In this document: in pieces, positions 1 through 10,147 of the stretch | How positions within the stretch are numbered: position 1 is the stretch's first letter | Layout: each line of letters starts with the position of its first letter | Assembly (NCBI GenBank): GCA_028713155.1 | Contig: JAQTPA010000002.1 | Location: 8,680-72,679, forward strand | Source of the DNA: Candidatus Omnitrophota bacterium | Lineage (GTDB): Bacteria; Omnitrophota; Gorgyraeia; Gygaellales; Profunditerraquicolaceae | Direction of reading: 5' to 3' | Length of the DNA stretch: 64,000 bases | Notes under the pieces: generated by a model | The model's database searches: none | Told to the model about the DNA's origin: nothing | What the model saw: the letters and a program-made list of their open reading frames with translations, nothing else | Position numbers and translations under genes: made by a program

Positions 1-84
1 CCTATCTTGTTGTATTTAAAAGGCTTTTCTTCCTGATAAAGCTGTTGCTTCTTGTTTTTTCCTGTGCTATCATAATAAACTAAT

Positions 85-1131
85 ATGAAGAGATATCTTT
101 ACAATCTGGCGACGGACAAAGAGAAGGGATTTTTTGCGTTTTTAGTCAAATTCCTGCTGCTTTTGGCTTCTTTTATCTATGGGGCACTGATCAGAGGATT
201 AATCCTGTTTTTTTCATTCAAGCCAGCCAGGTTAAATTGCAGAGTCATTAGTATCGGCAATATTACCCTCGGCGGCACAGGTAAAACTTCCCTAGTTGAG
301 TTTATCAGCCGCTACCTTAGGGATAAGGGGCATAGGTTAGCGGTATTAAGCCGGGGGTATAAGAAAATTGACGGGGAAATGGGGGATGAGCCGGCCATGC
401 TGCTTAAGCATTTAGGCGATATCCCGGTAATTGTAGATAAAGACAGGGTGCGTGCCGCAAAGAGAGCCATAAAAGAATATGGGGTAGATACGGTTATTCT
501 TGATGACGGTTTGCAGCAATGGCGCCTTAAAAAGGATTTAGAGATTGTGACGGTTAGCGCGGCGCAGGGGTTGGGTAACCGCCACATGCTGCCGCGGGGG
601 ATATTGCGCGAACCGCTTCGCGCACTTAGGCGCGCGGATATTTTTATTTTAACCAAAACCGGCTTTACCGGCGATTTAAAGACAATCCGAAGCGACCTTA
701 ACAAAATTAATCCCGCGGCGCAAATTCTGGAGTCTACGCATGTTCCGTTAGGATTTTACGCTATCGATAAGCCGGAAGAATTATTGAAACCGGATTATTT
801 GAAAGCTAAGCCGGCGGCTTTATTTTCCGGAATAGGCGAGCCAGAGGCGTTTAGCGGTTTAATGCGCTCCCTTGGCGTGCATATCGGCCTGGATTTAAGG
901 TTTGCCGACCATCATAATTACAGCGAGGAAGAGCTGGAGGATATCTGCGCTAAGGCAAGAAAAGCGGATTTAGGCATAATTGTTACGACGGTAAAAGATG
1001 CTTCCCGGTTGTCCGACGCGGACATTGGGATATTCGGGAAGCATAAGTTATTAGTTTTACGTATCGCGCTAAAAATTACTAAAAATGAAGAACAGCTTAT
1101 TACTAGATTACTTAGCCTGTATTCTCTTTAA
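85..1131 (+). CDS. lpxK: Tetraacyldisaccharide 4'-kinase (lipid A biosynthesis)
   Basis: 348-aa ORF with N-terminal membrane helix and the P-loop GNITLGGTGKTS followed by LSRGYKK and a DDGLQ motif, as in LpxK. Confidence 0.85.
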   Translation: MKRYLYNLATDKEKGFFAFLVKFLLLLASFIYGALIRGLILFFSFKPARLNCRVISIGNITLGGTGKTSLVEFISRYLRDKGHRLAVLSRGYKKIDGEMGDEPAMLLKHLGDIPVIVDKDRVRAAKRAIKEYGVDTVILDDGLQQWRLKKDLEIVTVSAAQGLGNRHMLPRGILREPLRALRRADIFILTKTGFTGDLKTIRSDLNKINPAAQILESTHVPLGFYAIDKPEELLKPDYLKAKPAALFSGIGEPEAFSGLMRSLGVHIGLDLRFADHHNYSEEELEDICAKARKADLGIIVTTVKDASRLSDADIGIFGKHKLLVLRIALKITKNEEQLITRLLSLYSL

Positions 1132-3028
1132 GGCATTAGGGGCGTTATTCAGGTTCCTGCCGGTAGGGGTAACTCTTTTCCTGGGACGGAGGCTGGGGGA
1201 CTGGCTTTACTATTTTGACGCTAAGCACCGCGCCAGGAGTTACGCTAATATAAAAAACGCCCTGAGAGAAAGTTTAACCCTGGAAACTATTTGCCGGGTT
1301 ACCCGGGAATTCTACCGGTCGTTCGGCCAGAGCATAATCGAAATATTTTTAATCCCCAAGGTAGATAAGGCCTATATGGAGAAATATATTGAAATAGAGG
1401 GATTAGAAAATATTTATAGCGGGCTAAAAAAGGGAAAAGGCGCGGTCCTTATTTCAGTGCACGCCGGGAGCTGGGAACTCGCCAATATTATCTGCGCTAA
1501 CTGCGGTTTCCCTTTTTACCTTTTTGTCAAGGACCAGGGGTTTCCCCGTTTAAATAAACTGCTGAACAGCTATCGTCAGAAAAAAGGCTGCCGGATAATT
1601 ACTAAAGAAGGCGGCTTGAAGCAATTGATCGCAGCGCTTAAAAACAATTCCGCGGTCGGCATAACCCTGGACCAGGGAGGTAAAAGCGGAGATCTGGTTG
1701 AATTCTTCGGTCAGAGCGCTTCTATGTCTACCGGAGGGATAAAAATAGCTTTAAAATATGATACCGCGATTATCCCGGTATATTTTACAAGAACCAAGGG
1801 CCCGAAGATAAAAGTCCTGGTGGGTAAGGAATTGGAGCTGGTTAAAACCGCAGACGCAGCGCAAGACCTCCAGGATAATTTAAAGAAAGTCACCCGGGTG
1901 TTCGAAGATTTTATCCGGGCCTACCCTAAGGAATACCTTTGGACTTATAGAATCTGGAAATATTCGGACGAAAAAGATATTCTTATCCTAAATGATGGTA
2001 AGCCCGGGCACCTGCGCCAATCAGAGGCCTTGAGCCGTATAATTACGCAGCGCCTGGAAAATAAAGGTATCCGGGTAAGGGCCAGTGCCGTGGAGATAAA
2101 GTTCCAAAATAAATTAGCTAAATTAGTTTTTTCCTTAAGCAGCCTTTTATCAGGCAAGTATCCTTGCCCAAGCTGCCTTTGGCACTTGAGAAAGTTTCTC
2201 CAGGCGGATACCTATGCGGCGCTTGCGCATTCCCGGTCCGATATCGTTATCTCCTGCGGTTCCGGCAGCGCTCCGGTTAACTTTATTATCTCGCGCCAGG
2301 CGCAAGCCAGGTCTATCGCGATAATGCGGCCGTCATTCTTGAGTCTGAAAAAATTTGATTTAGTGGTTATGCCCCAGCATGACCGTCCGCCCAAAAAAAG
2401 GAACATAGTGGTAACTAAAGGAGCGCTCAATTTGATAACCCCAAGGTACCTTGAGGAACAATCCGCGGAGTTAGTTAAAAGGTATAATTTAGATCCCCGG
2501 GTTTTTTATATCGGATTACTGTTAGGCGGCAATAGCAAAAAATTTATTTTGGACAAAGCTTTAGCCGCCAGGTTAGCCGGCCAGGTCAAGGCAGCCGCCG
2601 AAAAGATGGATGCCTCTATTCTCATAACTACCTCGCGGCGTACTTCGGCAGAAGTGGAAGGCTTGCTAAAACAAGAGTTTAAGGAATATCCGCGCTGTAA
2701 ACTTATGGTTATCGCTAATGAAAAGAATATCCCGCAGGCTGTGGGCGGTATTTTGGCCTTAAGCCAGTTCGTCATAACCTCTCCGGAAAGCATATCCATG
2801 ATTTCTGAAGCAGCCAGCAGTGCTAAATTTGTAGTAGTTTTTAAATCCGCGGGCTTGAGCCGTAAACACGCAAATTTCCTTAAGGGCCTTGCGCTGAACA
2901 ATTACATATATTTAAGCGAGATAGATAGGTTAGACCGGACAATTGCGGATATCCGGCAGAATAAAGAGCCGGTAAAAGTTTTAGCAGACAGGGAGACGGT
3001 TAGTAAGGCGATAGAAAAGGTGTTCTGA
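1085..3028 (+). CDS. Fusion protein: LpxL/HtrB-family lipid A late acyltransferase (N-terminal ~295 aa) fused to an ELM1/DUF1022-like GT-B-fold domain (C-terminal ~350 aa)
   Basis: The N-terminal half aligns with LpxL (ISVHAGSWELAN, the H..E acyltransferase motif, and a YLWTYRIW C-terminal box). The C-terminal half carries GKPGHLRQSEAL, VVMPQHD and TTSRRT boxes that I recognise from the Mito_fiss_ELM1/DUF1022 family. The annotated start overlaps lpxK by 47 nt, so the true start may lie downstream. Confidence 0.7.
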   Translation: MKNSLLLDYLACILFKALGALFRFLPVGVTLFLGRRLGDWLYYFDAKHRARSYANIKNALRESLTLETICRVTREFYRSFGQSIIEIFLIPKVDKAYMEKYIEIEGLENIYSGLKKGKGAVLISVHAGSWELANIICANCGFPFYLFVKDQGFPRLNKLLNSYRQKKGCRIITKEGGLKQLIAALKNNSAVGITLDQGGKSGDLVEFFGQSASMSTGGIKIALKYDTAIIPVYFTRTKGPKIKVLVGKELELVKTADAAQDLQDNLKKVTRVFEDFIRAYPKEYLWTYRIWKYSDEKDILILNDGKPGHLRQSEALSRIITQRLENKGIRVRASAVEIKFQNKLAKLVFSLSSLLSGKYPCPSCLWHLRKFLQADTYAALAHSRSDIVISCGSGSAPVNFIISRQAQARSIAIMRPSFLSLKKFDLVVMPQHDRPPKKRNIVVTKGALNLITPRYLEEQSAELVKRYNLDPRVFYIGLLLGGNSKKFILDKALAARLAGQVKAAAEKMDASILITTSRRTSAEVEGLLKQEFKEYPRCKLMVIANEKNIPQAVGGILALSQFVITSPESISMISEAASSAKFVVVFKSAGLSRKHANFLKGLALNNYIYLSEIDRLDRTIADIRQNKEPVKVLADRETVSKAIEKVF

Positions 3029-3035
3029 GGAGATT

Positions 3036-5123
3036 ATGAATATTTTGCAGGTATTGCCTGAGCTTAATGTCGGCGGCGTAGAAACCGGGACGCTGGACCT
3101 AGCCAAATATTTGATGCGTTTGGGACATAAGGCAGTGGTGGTTTCTGCCGGCGGCTCACTGGTCAAGGATTTAGAGGAATTGGGTGCTGTCCACTATCAT
3201 CTGCCGGTGCACAAAAAATCTATTTTTTCAATTATAAAAACGGTTCCGCTTCTGGCGGAGATTATTAGAAAAGAAAAAATAGATATCGTGCACGCGCGTT
3301 CGCGCGTCCCTGCCTGGATCGCCTATTTTGCCTGCCGCCAGACAAAAGCCGTCTTTATTACTACTTGCCACGGTTATTATAAAAAACACCCTTTTAGTTA
3401 TGTGATGGGCTGGGGAAAAAAAGTGATTGTCTTAAGTAACGTCATTGCCCGGCATATGATCGAGGATTTTACTGTCCCGCATGAACGGATAAGGCTTATT
3501 CCGCGCAGCGTGGACCTGGAAAAATTCAAATATTTAAGCCCCGATAAAAAACGCGGCCGGGAATTCAATGTCGGTATTATCGGAAGGATTACTCCGTTAA
3601 AAGGCCACCTTTATTTTATCAAGGCCATGGCTAAAGCAGCCAGGGCTATTCCCTATTTAAAGATTTGGGTAGTCGGGGATGCGCCGAGTTCCCGCCAGGC
3701 TTATAAAGAACAGATAGAGGTTTTGGTCAGGAGGCTGGGGCTGGGCCACTGCACGGAATTCCTGGGGACGCAGAGGAACATACCCGAACTATTACTGAAT
3801 TTAGATTTGGTGGTCCTGGCGACTACTACTCATGAGGCGTTTGGCAGGGTAATCGTGGAGGCGCAGGCTGCCGGAGTGCCGGTAGTGGCTACCGAGGTGG
3901 GCGGGGTAGTGGATATCATTGAAAATGGCCGCACCGGATTAATGGTCCCTCCGAGCGACCCGCAGAGTATGGCTGAAGCGGTGGTCAAGATATTTAAGGA
4001 CCCTCGCCTGGCGGCCGAACTTGCCGAGGAGGCCTATAAAAAGGTAAAGGAAAAATATAATGTTGAGTTGATGGTAAAAAATACGCTGGACGTTTACACG
4101 GAGGCGCTCAGTAATTTTAAGCTTTTAATCATCAAGCTAAGTTCTTTGGGGGATATAATTTTATCTACTCCGGGCCTGCGGGCGATCAGAGAAAAGTTCC
4201 CGCGCCATAAGATCAGTTTTTTAGTGGGAGAGGAAGCTAAGGAAGCGTTGCTGCGCTGCCCTTATATAGATGAGTTGCTGGTCGTTGACCTTAAAAATAA
4301 AGATAAGGGGTTAAAGGGGCTGCTGGGTATCGGCCGGGTATTAAGAAAGAAGAATTTTGATCTAGTTATTGACCTGCAGAATAACCGGGCGAGCCACTGG
4401 CTTTCTTTCCTGTCTTTAAGCATTGAGCGTTACGGTTACGATAACAAGAAGTTCGCTTTTCTGCTCAATCATCGGATTAAGGACGATAAACCCGCTATTG
4501 ACCCGGTAACGCATCAATTCCGGCTCCTAAGGATGCTGGGGATAGATTTAAAAGACAGCCATTTGGAGCTGTGGCCGGGCAAGAGTGATGATGAGTATGT
4601 GGAGAGCCTGTTGAATACGGAGTGGTTGAGCGCCGACCAGAAGATTATCGGGATAAACATTAGCGCCAGTAAACGCTGGCTCACGAAATGCTGGCCTCAA
4701 GGGCATATCGCTAAATTATGCGAAGAGCTGGGCTTAAGAAATATGCGCGTGGTCATTACCGGCACGCATGATGATACAGCCGAGGCAAGTGCCCTGATTT
4801 CCATGGTGAAGAATACTAAAATTATCAATGCCTGCGCCAAGACTACCATTAACCAGTTAGCTTGCCTGATTAAACATTGTTCTTTATATATCTCGGCGGA
4901 TTCTTCGCCTTTACATATAGCCGCGGCAATGGGTGTGCCGGTAATCGCGTTTTTCGGGCCCACTGATCCGGCAAGGCATATGCCTCCGGTAAGAAATTCC
5001 CTGGTTATCAAAAGAGACCTGACCTGCAGCCCTTGTTATAAGCCAAAATGCCGGCATAAGAGATGTATGAATCTGATCAGGGTTGAGGAAGTATTAGCCG
5101 GTATAGACAAAATGTTGAAATGA
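3036..5123 (+). CDS. Bifunctional glycosyltransferase: GT4 (group 1) domain fused to a GT9 ADP-heptose:LPS heptosyltransferase domain
   Basis: The N-terminal ~360 aa carry the GT4 EX7E region EAFGRVIVEAQAAGVPVVATEVGG. The C-terminal ~335 aa begin with the heptosyltransferase N-terminal signature LLIIKLSSLGDIILSTPGLRAIREKFP. Confidence 0.8.
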   Translation: MNILQVLPELNVGGVETGTLDLAKYLMRLGHKAVVVSAGGSLVKDLEELGAVHYHLPVHKKSIFSIIKTVPLLAEIIRKEKIDIVHARSRVPAWIAYFACRQTKAVFITTCHGYYKKHPFSYVMGWGKKVIVLSNVIARHMIEDFTVPHERIRLIPRSVDLEKFKYLSPDKKRGREFNVGIIGRITPLKGHLYFIKAMAKAARAIPYLKIWVVGDAPSSRQAYKEQIEVLVRRLGLGHCTEFLGTQRNIPELLLNLDLVVLATTTHEAFGRVIVEAQAAGVPVVATEVGGVVDIIENGRTGLMVPPSDPQSMAEAVVKIFKDPRLAAELAEEAYKKVKEKYNVELMVKNTLDVYTEALSNFKLLIIKLSSLGDIILSTPGLRAIREKFPRHKISFLVGEEAKEALLRCPYIDELLVVDLKNKDKGLKGLLGIGRVLRKKNFDLVIDLQNNRASHWLSFLSLSIERYGYDNKKFAFLLNHRIKDDKPAIDPVTHQFRLLRMLGIDLKDSHLELWPGKSDDEYVESLLNTEWLSADQKIIGINISASKRWLTKCWPQGHIAKLCEELGLRNMRVVITGTHDDTAEASALISMVKNTKIINACAKTTINQLACLIKHCSLYISADSSPLHIAAAMGVPVIAFFGPTDPARHMPPVRNSLVIKRDLTCSPCYKPKCRHKRCMNLIRVEEVLAGIDKMLK

Positions 5124-6223
5124 ATATTCTCCATATAACCAATCATCTTGATGTCGGCGGTATAACCAGCTACGTATTGACTCTGGCAGGCGGCTTGAAG
5201 AAAAGAGGGCATAACGTATATGTCGCTTCTTCGGGGGGAGAGTTGGCCTTTAAATTTAAAGAAGCCGGGGTAATTTATATCCCCATAGCGATAAAGACAA
5301 AGAAGGAGTTAAGCCCCGGGATAATTTCTAGCGCCATTAAATTATCTGGTATAATAAGAAAATATAAAATTGATATAATCCATACGCATAGCCGGACCAC
5401 TCAGGTCTTAGGCTGTCTCTTGCATAAATTTACCGGGCGAATGCGTATTTTCACCTGCCACGGGTTCTTTAAGCGCAGGCTCTTGCGCAGGATTTTTCCC
5501 TGCTGGGGAGAGGGTATAATCGCTATAAGCGGGCAGGTAAAAGAACATCTGGTTAAGGATTTTAAAGTTCCGGATAAGGATATTGTTGTAATAAATAACG
5601 GGATAGACCTGGATAGGTTTAAAGCGGTAGCCTCAAAACCAAAAATCCAGATGAAGAAAAACCTGGGGTTAAGCGACGGGCCGGTAATAGGGATCATTGC
5701 CCGGCTTTCGGATGTGAAAGGGCATAAATATCTTATTACCGCTATGAAAAAAGTCCTGGAAAAATACCCCGCGGCCCAGTTACTCATTGTGGGTACGGGA
5801 AAAACGCAGGGGGATTTAACCGGGTTAGCCGGCAGCTTAGGGATAGGTAAAAGCGTATTTTTTATTCCGGAAATTTCGGATACAATAGAGGCGTTAGCCG
5901 CGATAGATATATTTGTTATGCCTTCGCTCCAGGAGGGATTGGGCCTGGCGCTGATGGAGGCAATGGCCGGGGGCCTGGCGGTCATCGGTTCAAATGTCGG
6001 TGGGATTAGAACTCTGATCCAGCCCGGGCAGAACGGTTTATTAGCCAGCCCGGCTGACAGCGAAGAATTGGCTGCCGCAGTGTTAACATTGCTTAGCGAC
6101 CCTTTAAAAAGGGCGGAGCTGGGTAAACAAGCGCAGGTTTTCATCCAAAATAATTTCTCTCAAGAGAAAATGGTCCGGGAGACCGAAAAGGAGTACTTAA
6201 GGTGCTTAAACGCAGAAGATTAG
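5120..6223 (+). CDS. GT4 family glycosyltransferase (LPS core)
   Basis: 367 aa with the GT4 motif EGLGLALMEAMAGGLAVIGSNVGG. The start shows ATGA overlap with the upstream gene, so it is probably translationally coupled. Confidence 0.8.
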   Translation: MNILHITNHLDVGGITSYVLTLAGGLKKRGHNVYVASSGGELAFKFKEAGVIYIPIAIKTKKELSPGIISSAIKLSGIIRKYKIDIIHTHSRTTQVLGCLLHKFTGRMRIFTCHGFFKRRLLRRIFPCWGEGIIAISGQVKEHLVKDFKVPDKDIVVINNGIDLDRFKAVASKPKIQMKKNLGLSDGPVIGIIARLSDVKGHKYLITAMKKVLEKYPAAQLLIVGTGKTQGDLTGLAGSLGIGKSVFFIPEISDTIEALAAIDIFVMPSLQEGLGLALMEAMAGGLAVIGSNVGGIRTLIQPGQNGLLASPADSEELAAAVLTLLSDPLKRAELGKQAQVFIQNNFSQEKMVRETEKEYLRCLNAED

Positions 6224-6999
6224 TTTTTCTCGGGATAGTATTTCTTATTGGCATATTCTTAAGCGCTGCGTTTTTACGCAGCCGCTATAACGTACCTATA
6301 CTTATGTACCATTCTATAAGCCCCAAACCAAACTCTTCTATCGAGCTTTTGATAGTTAAGCCCGAAATATTCCGGCGGCAGATGCGTTTTTTAAAAAAGC
6401 ATCATTATAATGTCGTGCCTTTAAGCTCAGTCGCCGATTTAATCAGGGATAATAAGAAGATTCCTCCCCGAACAATAGCCATAACTTTTGACGACGGATA
6501 TAAGGATAACTACACTTACGCCTTCCCGATACTTAAGGAATATAACTTTCCGGCGACGGTATTTGTTATCATCAATGAAATCGGCAGACCCGCCCAGGAC
6601 AGGATTTCCTGGGATGAGATAGCGCTTATGCAGGAATCGGGACTGGTTACCTTTGGCAGCCATACCCTTACGCATCCTTATTTTTCGAAGGAAGTTTCGC
6701 CGGGAAGCCTTAAAAAAGAAATCCGGGATTCCAAAAAAATATTAGAAAAGAAACTAGGGAGGAAGGTGGATAGTTTTGCTTATCCGGTAGGCCGGTTTGA
6801 CTCAAGGAGCAGGCAGGAGGTTATTGATGCCGGTTATCGGCTGGCTGTAGCGAGTAACCCGGGTAAGGCCTTCTCCGACAGGGATGTATTTGCCCTCAAG
6901 AGATTGAGAATTTCCCGGAATTGCTCCAATTTATTTATTTTTTGGGTAGAGACAAGCGGTTATTATAATTTTATACGGGAACTTAAACGCAAGAAATAA
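6202..6999 (+). CDS. Polysaccharide deacetylase (NodB homology domain), membrane anchored
   Basis: N-terminal TM helix followed by the NodB motifs ITFDDGYKDN and ATVFVI...GSHTLTHP. Confidence 0.8.
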   Translation: MLKRRRLVFLGIVFLIGIFLSAAFLRSRYNVPILMYHSISPKPNSSIELLIVKPEIFRRQMRFLKKHHYNVVPLSSVADLIRDNKKIPPRTIAITFDDGYKDNYTYAFPILKEYNFPATVFVIINEIGRPAQDRISWDEIALMQESGLVTFGSHTLTHPYFSKEVSPGSLKKEIRDSKKILEKKLGRKVDSFAYPVGRFDSRSRQEVIDAGYRLAVASNPGKAFSDRDVFALKRLRISRNCSNLFIFWVETSGYYNFIRELKRKK

Positions 7000-8039
7000 T
7001 GCCGGAAAACAAGAGAGTACTTATTTTTAACGTCAATTGGCTGGGAGATGTGCTTTTTTCTACGGCGGTAATCCGGAATGTCCGGCGCAACTTTCCGGGG
7101 AGCTTTATCGCCTGCATCGTTCCCAGCAGGTGCTATCCGGTCCTGAAAGGAAACCCACATCTAGATGAAATTATCATCTTTGACGAAAAAGACCGTCATA
7201 AAGGGATTTTCCAGCAATTGGATTTTGTGCGCGTGCTTAAAGAAAAAAGATTTGATGTAGTTTTTCTTTTGCACCGCTCCTTTAGCCGTGCGCTTATCTG
7301 CCGCCTCGCCGGCATACCCGAAAGAATAGGGCATCATACCAAGAAGAGGGGATTTTTGTTGACCAAAAAAATTATGCCTCCCAGGAGGGATTCGCTGCAC
7401 CGCATAGACTATTATCTAAGCGTAATCGAAAAGGCCGGATTAAAAGTTGAAGACCGCTATACAGAATTTTTCGTAAGCGAGGAAGATACTGCTTACGTTG
7501 AAAATTTCCTGGATAAAAATTCGGTGGCTAAAGGCGATTCTATCGCGGTAATCAACCCCGGGGGGAACTGGATGCCCAAGCGCTGGCCCAAAGAATACTG
7601 GGCAGAGCTGGCGGATAAATTAATTGAGGAATTTGGCGCAAAAGTGATTATCACCGGTTCGCATAATGATTTGTCGCTCTGTAGGGATATCCAGGGAAGA
7701 ATGCTGCATAAACCGCTCATCGCCTGCGGCGTCTTTAACCTCAAGCAACTGGGGGCCTTGGCGAAAAGAGCGGATTTATTTATTACTGCCGATACCGGCC
7801 CTTTGCATATTGCTAATAGTATAGGCGCCAAAAAAATAATCGCCCTCTTTGGCCCCACTACACCAGAAATAACCGGGCCGTATCCAGCAAAAAATGTCAG
7901 GATCTTGCAAAAAGATGTCGGTTGCGTTATCCCCTGTTATGAGGTGCACTGTAAAGATAACCGCTGTATGAAGGCAATTAAACCAACCGACGTGCTCAGA
8001 GAAATAAAAAAATCAACCTACGGTTACCCCGGACTTTAG
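6999..8039 (+). CDS. ADP-heptose:LPS heptosyltransferase (GT9)
   Basis: 346 aa with the N-terminal VLIFNVNWLGDVLFSTAVIRNVRRNFP and the C-terminal ITADTGPLHIA motif typical of RfaF/RfaC/RfaQ. Confidence 0.8.
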   Translation: MPENKRVLIFNVNWLGDVLFSTAVIRNVRRNFPGSFIACIVPSRCYPVLKGNPHLDEIIIFDEKDRHKGIFQQLDFVRVLKEKRFDVVFLLHRSFSRALICRLAGIPERIGHHTKKRGFLLTKKIMPPRRDSLHRIDYYLSVIEKAGLKVEDRYTEFFVSEEDTAYVENFLDKNSVAKGDSIAVINPGGNWMPKRWPKEYWAELADKLIEEFGAKVIITGSHNDLSLCRDIQGRMLHKPLIACGVFNLKQLGALAKRADLFITADTGPLHIANSIGAKKIIALFGPTTPEITGPYPAKNVRILQKDVGCVIPCYEVHCKDNRCMKAIKPTDVLREIKKSTYGYPGL

Positions 8040-8122
8040 GTTCGGGGTTTGTCAAAGGTTGATACTGAGCCGCTTTCATTCCCGGCCTTAAGACTGGGGA
8101 GTTCAGGCGGCGAACGTATAAA

Positions 8123-10147
8123 ATGGTAAATAAAATTTTATTTATTTCCTTAAGCAATATCGGCGACGCGCTGCTTAGCCTGCCGGTATTGGATCATTTA
8201 CGCGTGAATTTCCCCGCAGCGCAAATCACGGTGTTAGCCGGAGAGCGGCCCAGGGAAATATTTGAAGCTAACCCTTCCGTGCATAGGTTTATCTTATTCG
8301 ATAAAAAGAATACAGCGGGTAAAAATATCAAATTATTTAATTGTTTAAGGAAAGAGAAATTCGATTTAATCGTGGATCTGCGCAATAGTTTCCTGGGCGC
8401 GATCCTTCCGGCCAGGTATAGAACATCGGCTTTCTTAAAAATCCCCGCTCACCTCAAACACATGAAAGACAGGCATCTTTACAGGATTAAAGATATAACC
8501 AAGATCAATATTTTGCCTGTTTTGGCTAAATCGCTCTATTGTGCCCCGGAGGACAATGAGCGGATGGAAAGGTTATTAAAGGAAAATAATATCGGCAAAG
8601 ACGACAGGATAGTCGTGCTCTCGCCGGGCAGCCGCAGCCACACCAAGAGATGGCCGAAAGAAAGGTTCGCCGAGTTAGTCAAAAAATTAAGGGAAGAATT
8701 CCCGGTAAAGATAATCCTGATTGGAGATAGAGAGGACGTTGAAAACAATAAATATATAACTAAAGATACCGGGCTCCCTATTTTAGACTTAAGCGGAAAA
8801 ACAACATTGCGGGAGCTGGCCTGTTTATTAAGGAAGGCCAGCCTTTTAATTACTAATGATAGCGCTAACCTGCATATGGCCAGTTATCTGGATATTCCGG
8901 TAATCGCTATATTCGGGATAACCGATGACGAGAAATACGGTCCGTGGTCAAAAGTTTCTTACGCAGTAAAAAAAGAAATACCCTGCCGGCCCTGCCAAAA
9001 ACCGCAATGTAAATTCGGGACATTAGAATGTATGTCTTTAGTTAAGGCAGACGATGTGTTCAGGGCAGCTAAGGTTATCTTAACGGGCTGTGCTTTGCCC
9101 TTTAAGGCCCGCGGGGAGCAGGATTTTAAGCGCATATTGATTGCGCGCACAGACAGGATAGGCGATGTGCTCCTGTCCACGCCGGTAATTAAGGCGTTAA
9201 GGGATAAGTATCCGCAGGCCTATATCGCTATGATGGTTTCTCCTTATGCAAAAGATATTGTTGAAGGTAACCCTTATTTAGATAAAGTAATTATTTATGA
9301 CAAAGATGGAGCGCATAAAAGCTGGCTGAATTCTCTCAGGTTTGCTCAGGGCTTAAAGAAAAAGAAATTTGATCTGGCGCTTATTCTGCATCCGGTTAAC
9401 CGCGCGCACCTGGTTAGTTTTTTAGCCGGTATACCCAAAAGAATAGGCTATGACCGTAAGCTGGGCTTTTTGCTGACGGACAGGATCAGGCATACGAAGC
9501 AACTGGGCGAGAAACATGAACTGGAGTATAACCTGGATTTATTAAAGTATCTGGATATTGATGCGCAGGAAAAAGATTTATATATGCCGATTAAACCTGA
9601 ATCTGAGAAGTGGGTAAAGGAATTGTTTAAGCAGGAGAATATACATGAAGCAGATAGACTTTTGGCTATCCATCCTGCGGCAAGCTGTCCCTCTAAAATT
9701 TGGCCTCCTGAACGTTTTGCCCAGGCAGCGGATAAGCTGGCCCAGAGTTACGGATTTAAAGTCTTCATTGTGGCCGGGCCAAAAGACCTAAAAGCAGCCG
9801 AGGCTGTGGCTAAACAGATGCGTTCAGGCGTAATTAACCTGGCGGGTAAAACTTCCGTTTCGCAATTAGCCAGCCTGTTAAAAAGGTGCGCGTTATTTAT
9901 CTCCAATGATTCCGGGCCGGTACATATTGCTTCAAGCCTGGGTACACCGGTAATTTCCATATTCGGCCGGAACCAGGCAGGCCTAAGCCCCAGACGCTGG
10001 GGACCGGTCGGGCTTAAGGATAAAATTCTGCATAAAGAAGCCGGCTGTATTGAATGCCTGGCGCATAATTGCCAGAAACAATTCGCCTGCCTGAAGGCAA
10101 TCACTGTTGAAGACGTAGTCTCTGCCGTGGATACAATTTTAAAATGA
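8123..10147 (+). CDS. Tandem double GT9 heptosyltransferase (two complete GT9 domains in one polypeptide)
   Basis: Domain 1 carries ILFISLSNIGDALLSLPVLDHLRVNFP and ITNDSANLHMA. Domain 2 carries ILIARTDRIGDVLLSTPVIKALRDKYP and ISNDSGPVHIA. Confidence 0.8.
   Translation: MVNKILFISLSNIGDALLSLPVLDHLRVNFPAAQITVLAGERPREIFEANPSVHRFILFDKKNTAGKNIKLFNCLRKEKFDLIVDLRNSFLGAILPARYRTSAFLKIPAHLKHMKDRHLYRIKDITKINILPVLAKSLYCAPEDNERMERLLKENNIGKDDRIVVLSPGSRSHTKRWPKERFAELVKKLREEFPVKIILIGDREDVENNKYITKDTGLPILDLSGKTTLRELACLLRKASLLITNDSANLHMASYLDIPVIAIFGITDDEKYGPWSKVSYAVKKEIPCRPCQKPQCKFGTLECMSLVKADDVFRAAKVILTGCALPFKARGEQDFKRILIARTDRIGDVLLSTPVIKALRDKYPQAYIAMMVSPYAKDIVEGNPYLDKVIIYDKDGAHKSWLNSLRFAQGLKKKKFDLALILHPVNRAHLVSFLAGIPKRIGYDRKLGFLLTDRIRHTKQLGEKHELEYNLDLLKYLDIDAQEKDLYMPIKPESEKWVKELFKQENIHEADRLLAIHPAASCPSKIWPPERFAQAADKLAQSYGFKVFIVAGPKDLKAAEAVAKQMRSGVINLAGKTSVSQLASLLKRCALFISNDSGPVHIASSLGTPVISIFGRNQAGLSPRRWGPVGLKDKILHKEAGCIECLAHNCQKQFACLKAITVEDVVSAVDTILK

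Noticed and set aside
1-84. Possible minus-strand gene start at the left edge
   Set aside because: The only ATG-initiated frame runs 23 codons to a stop inside the window, with no RBS. It is treated as the lpxK upstream region.
5401-6144. Long minus-strand ORFs (e.g. 5401-6144, 31591-32301, 58827-59483, 37289-37699, 39015-39488)
   Set aside because: They lie entirely antisense to well-supported plus-strand genes with clear family signatures. They have no RBS context and are low-complexity shadow frames.
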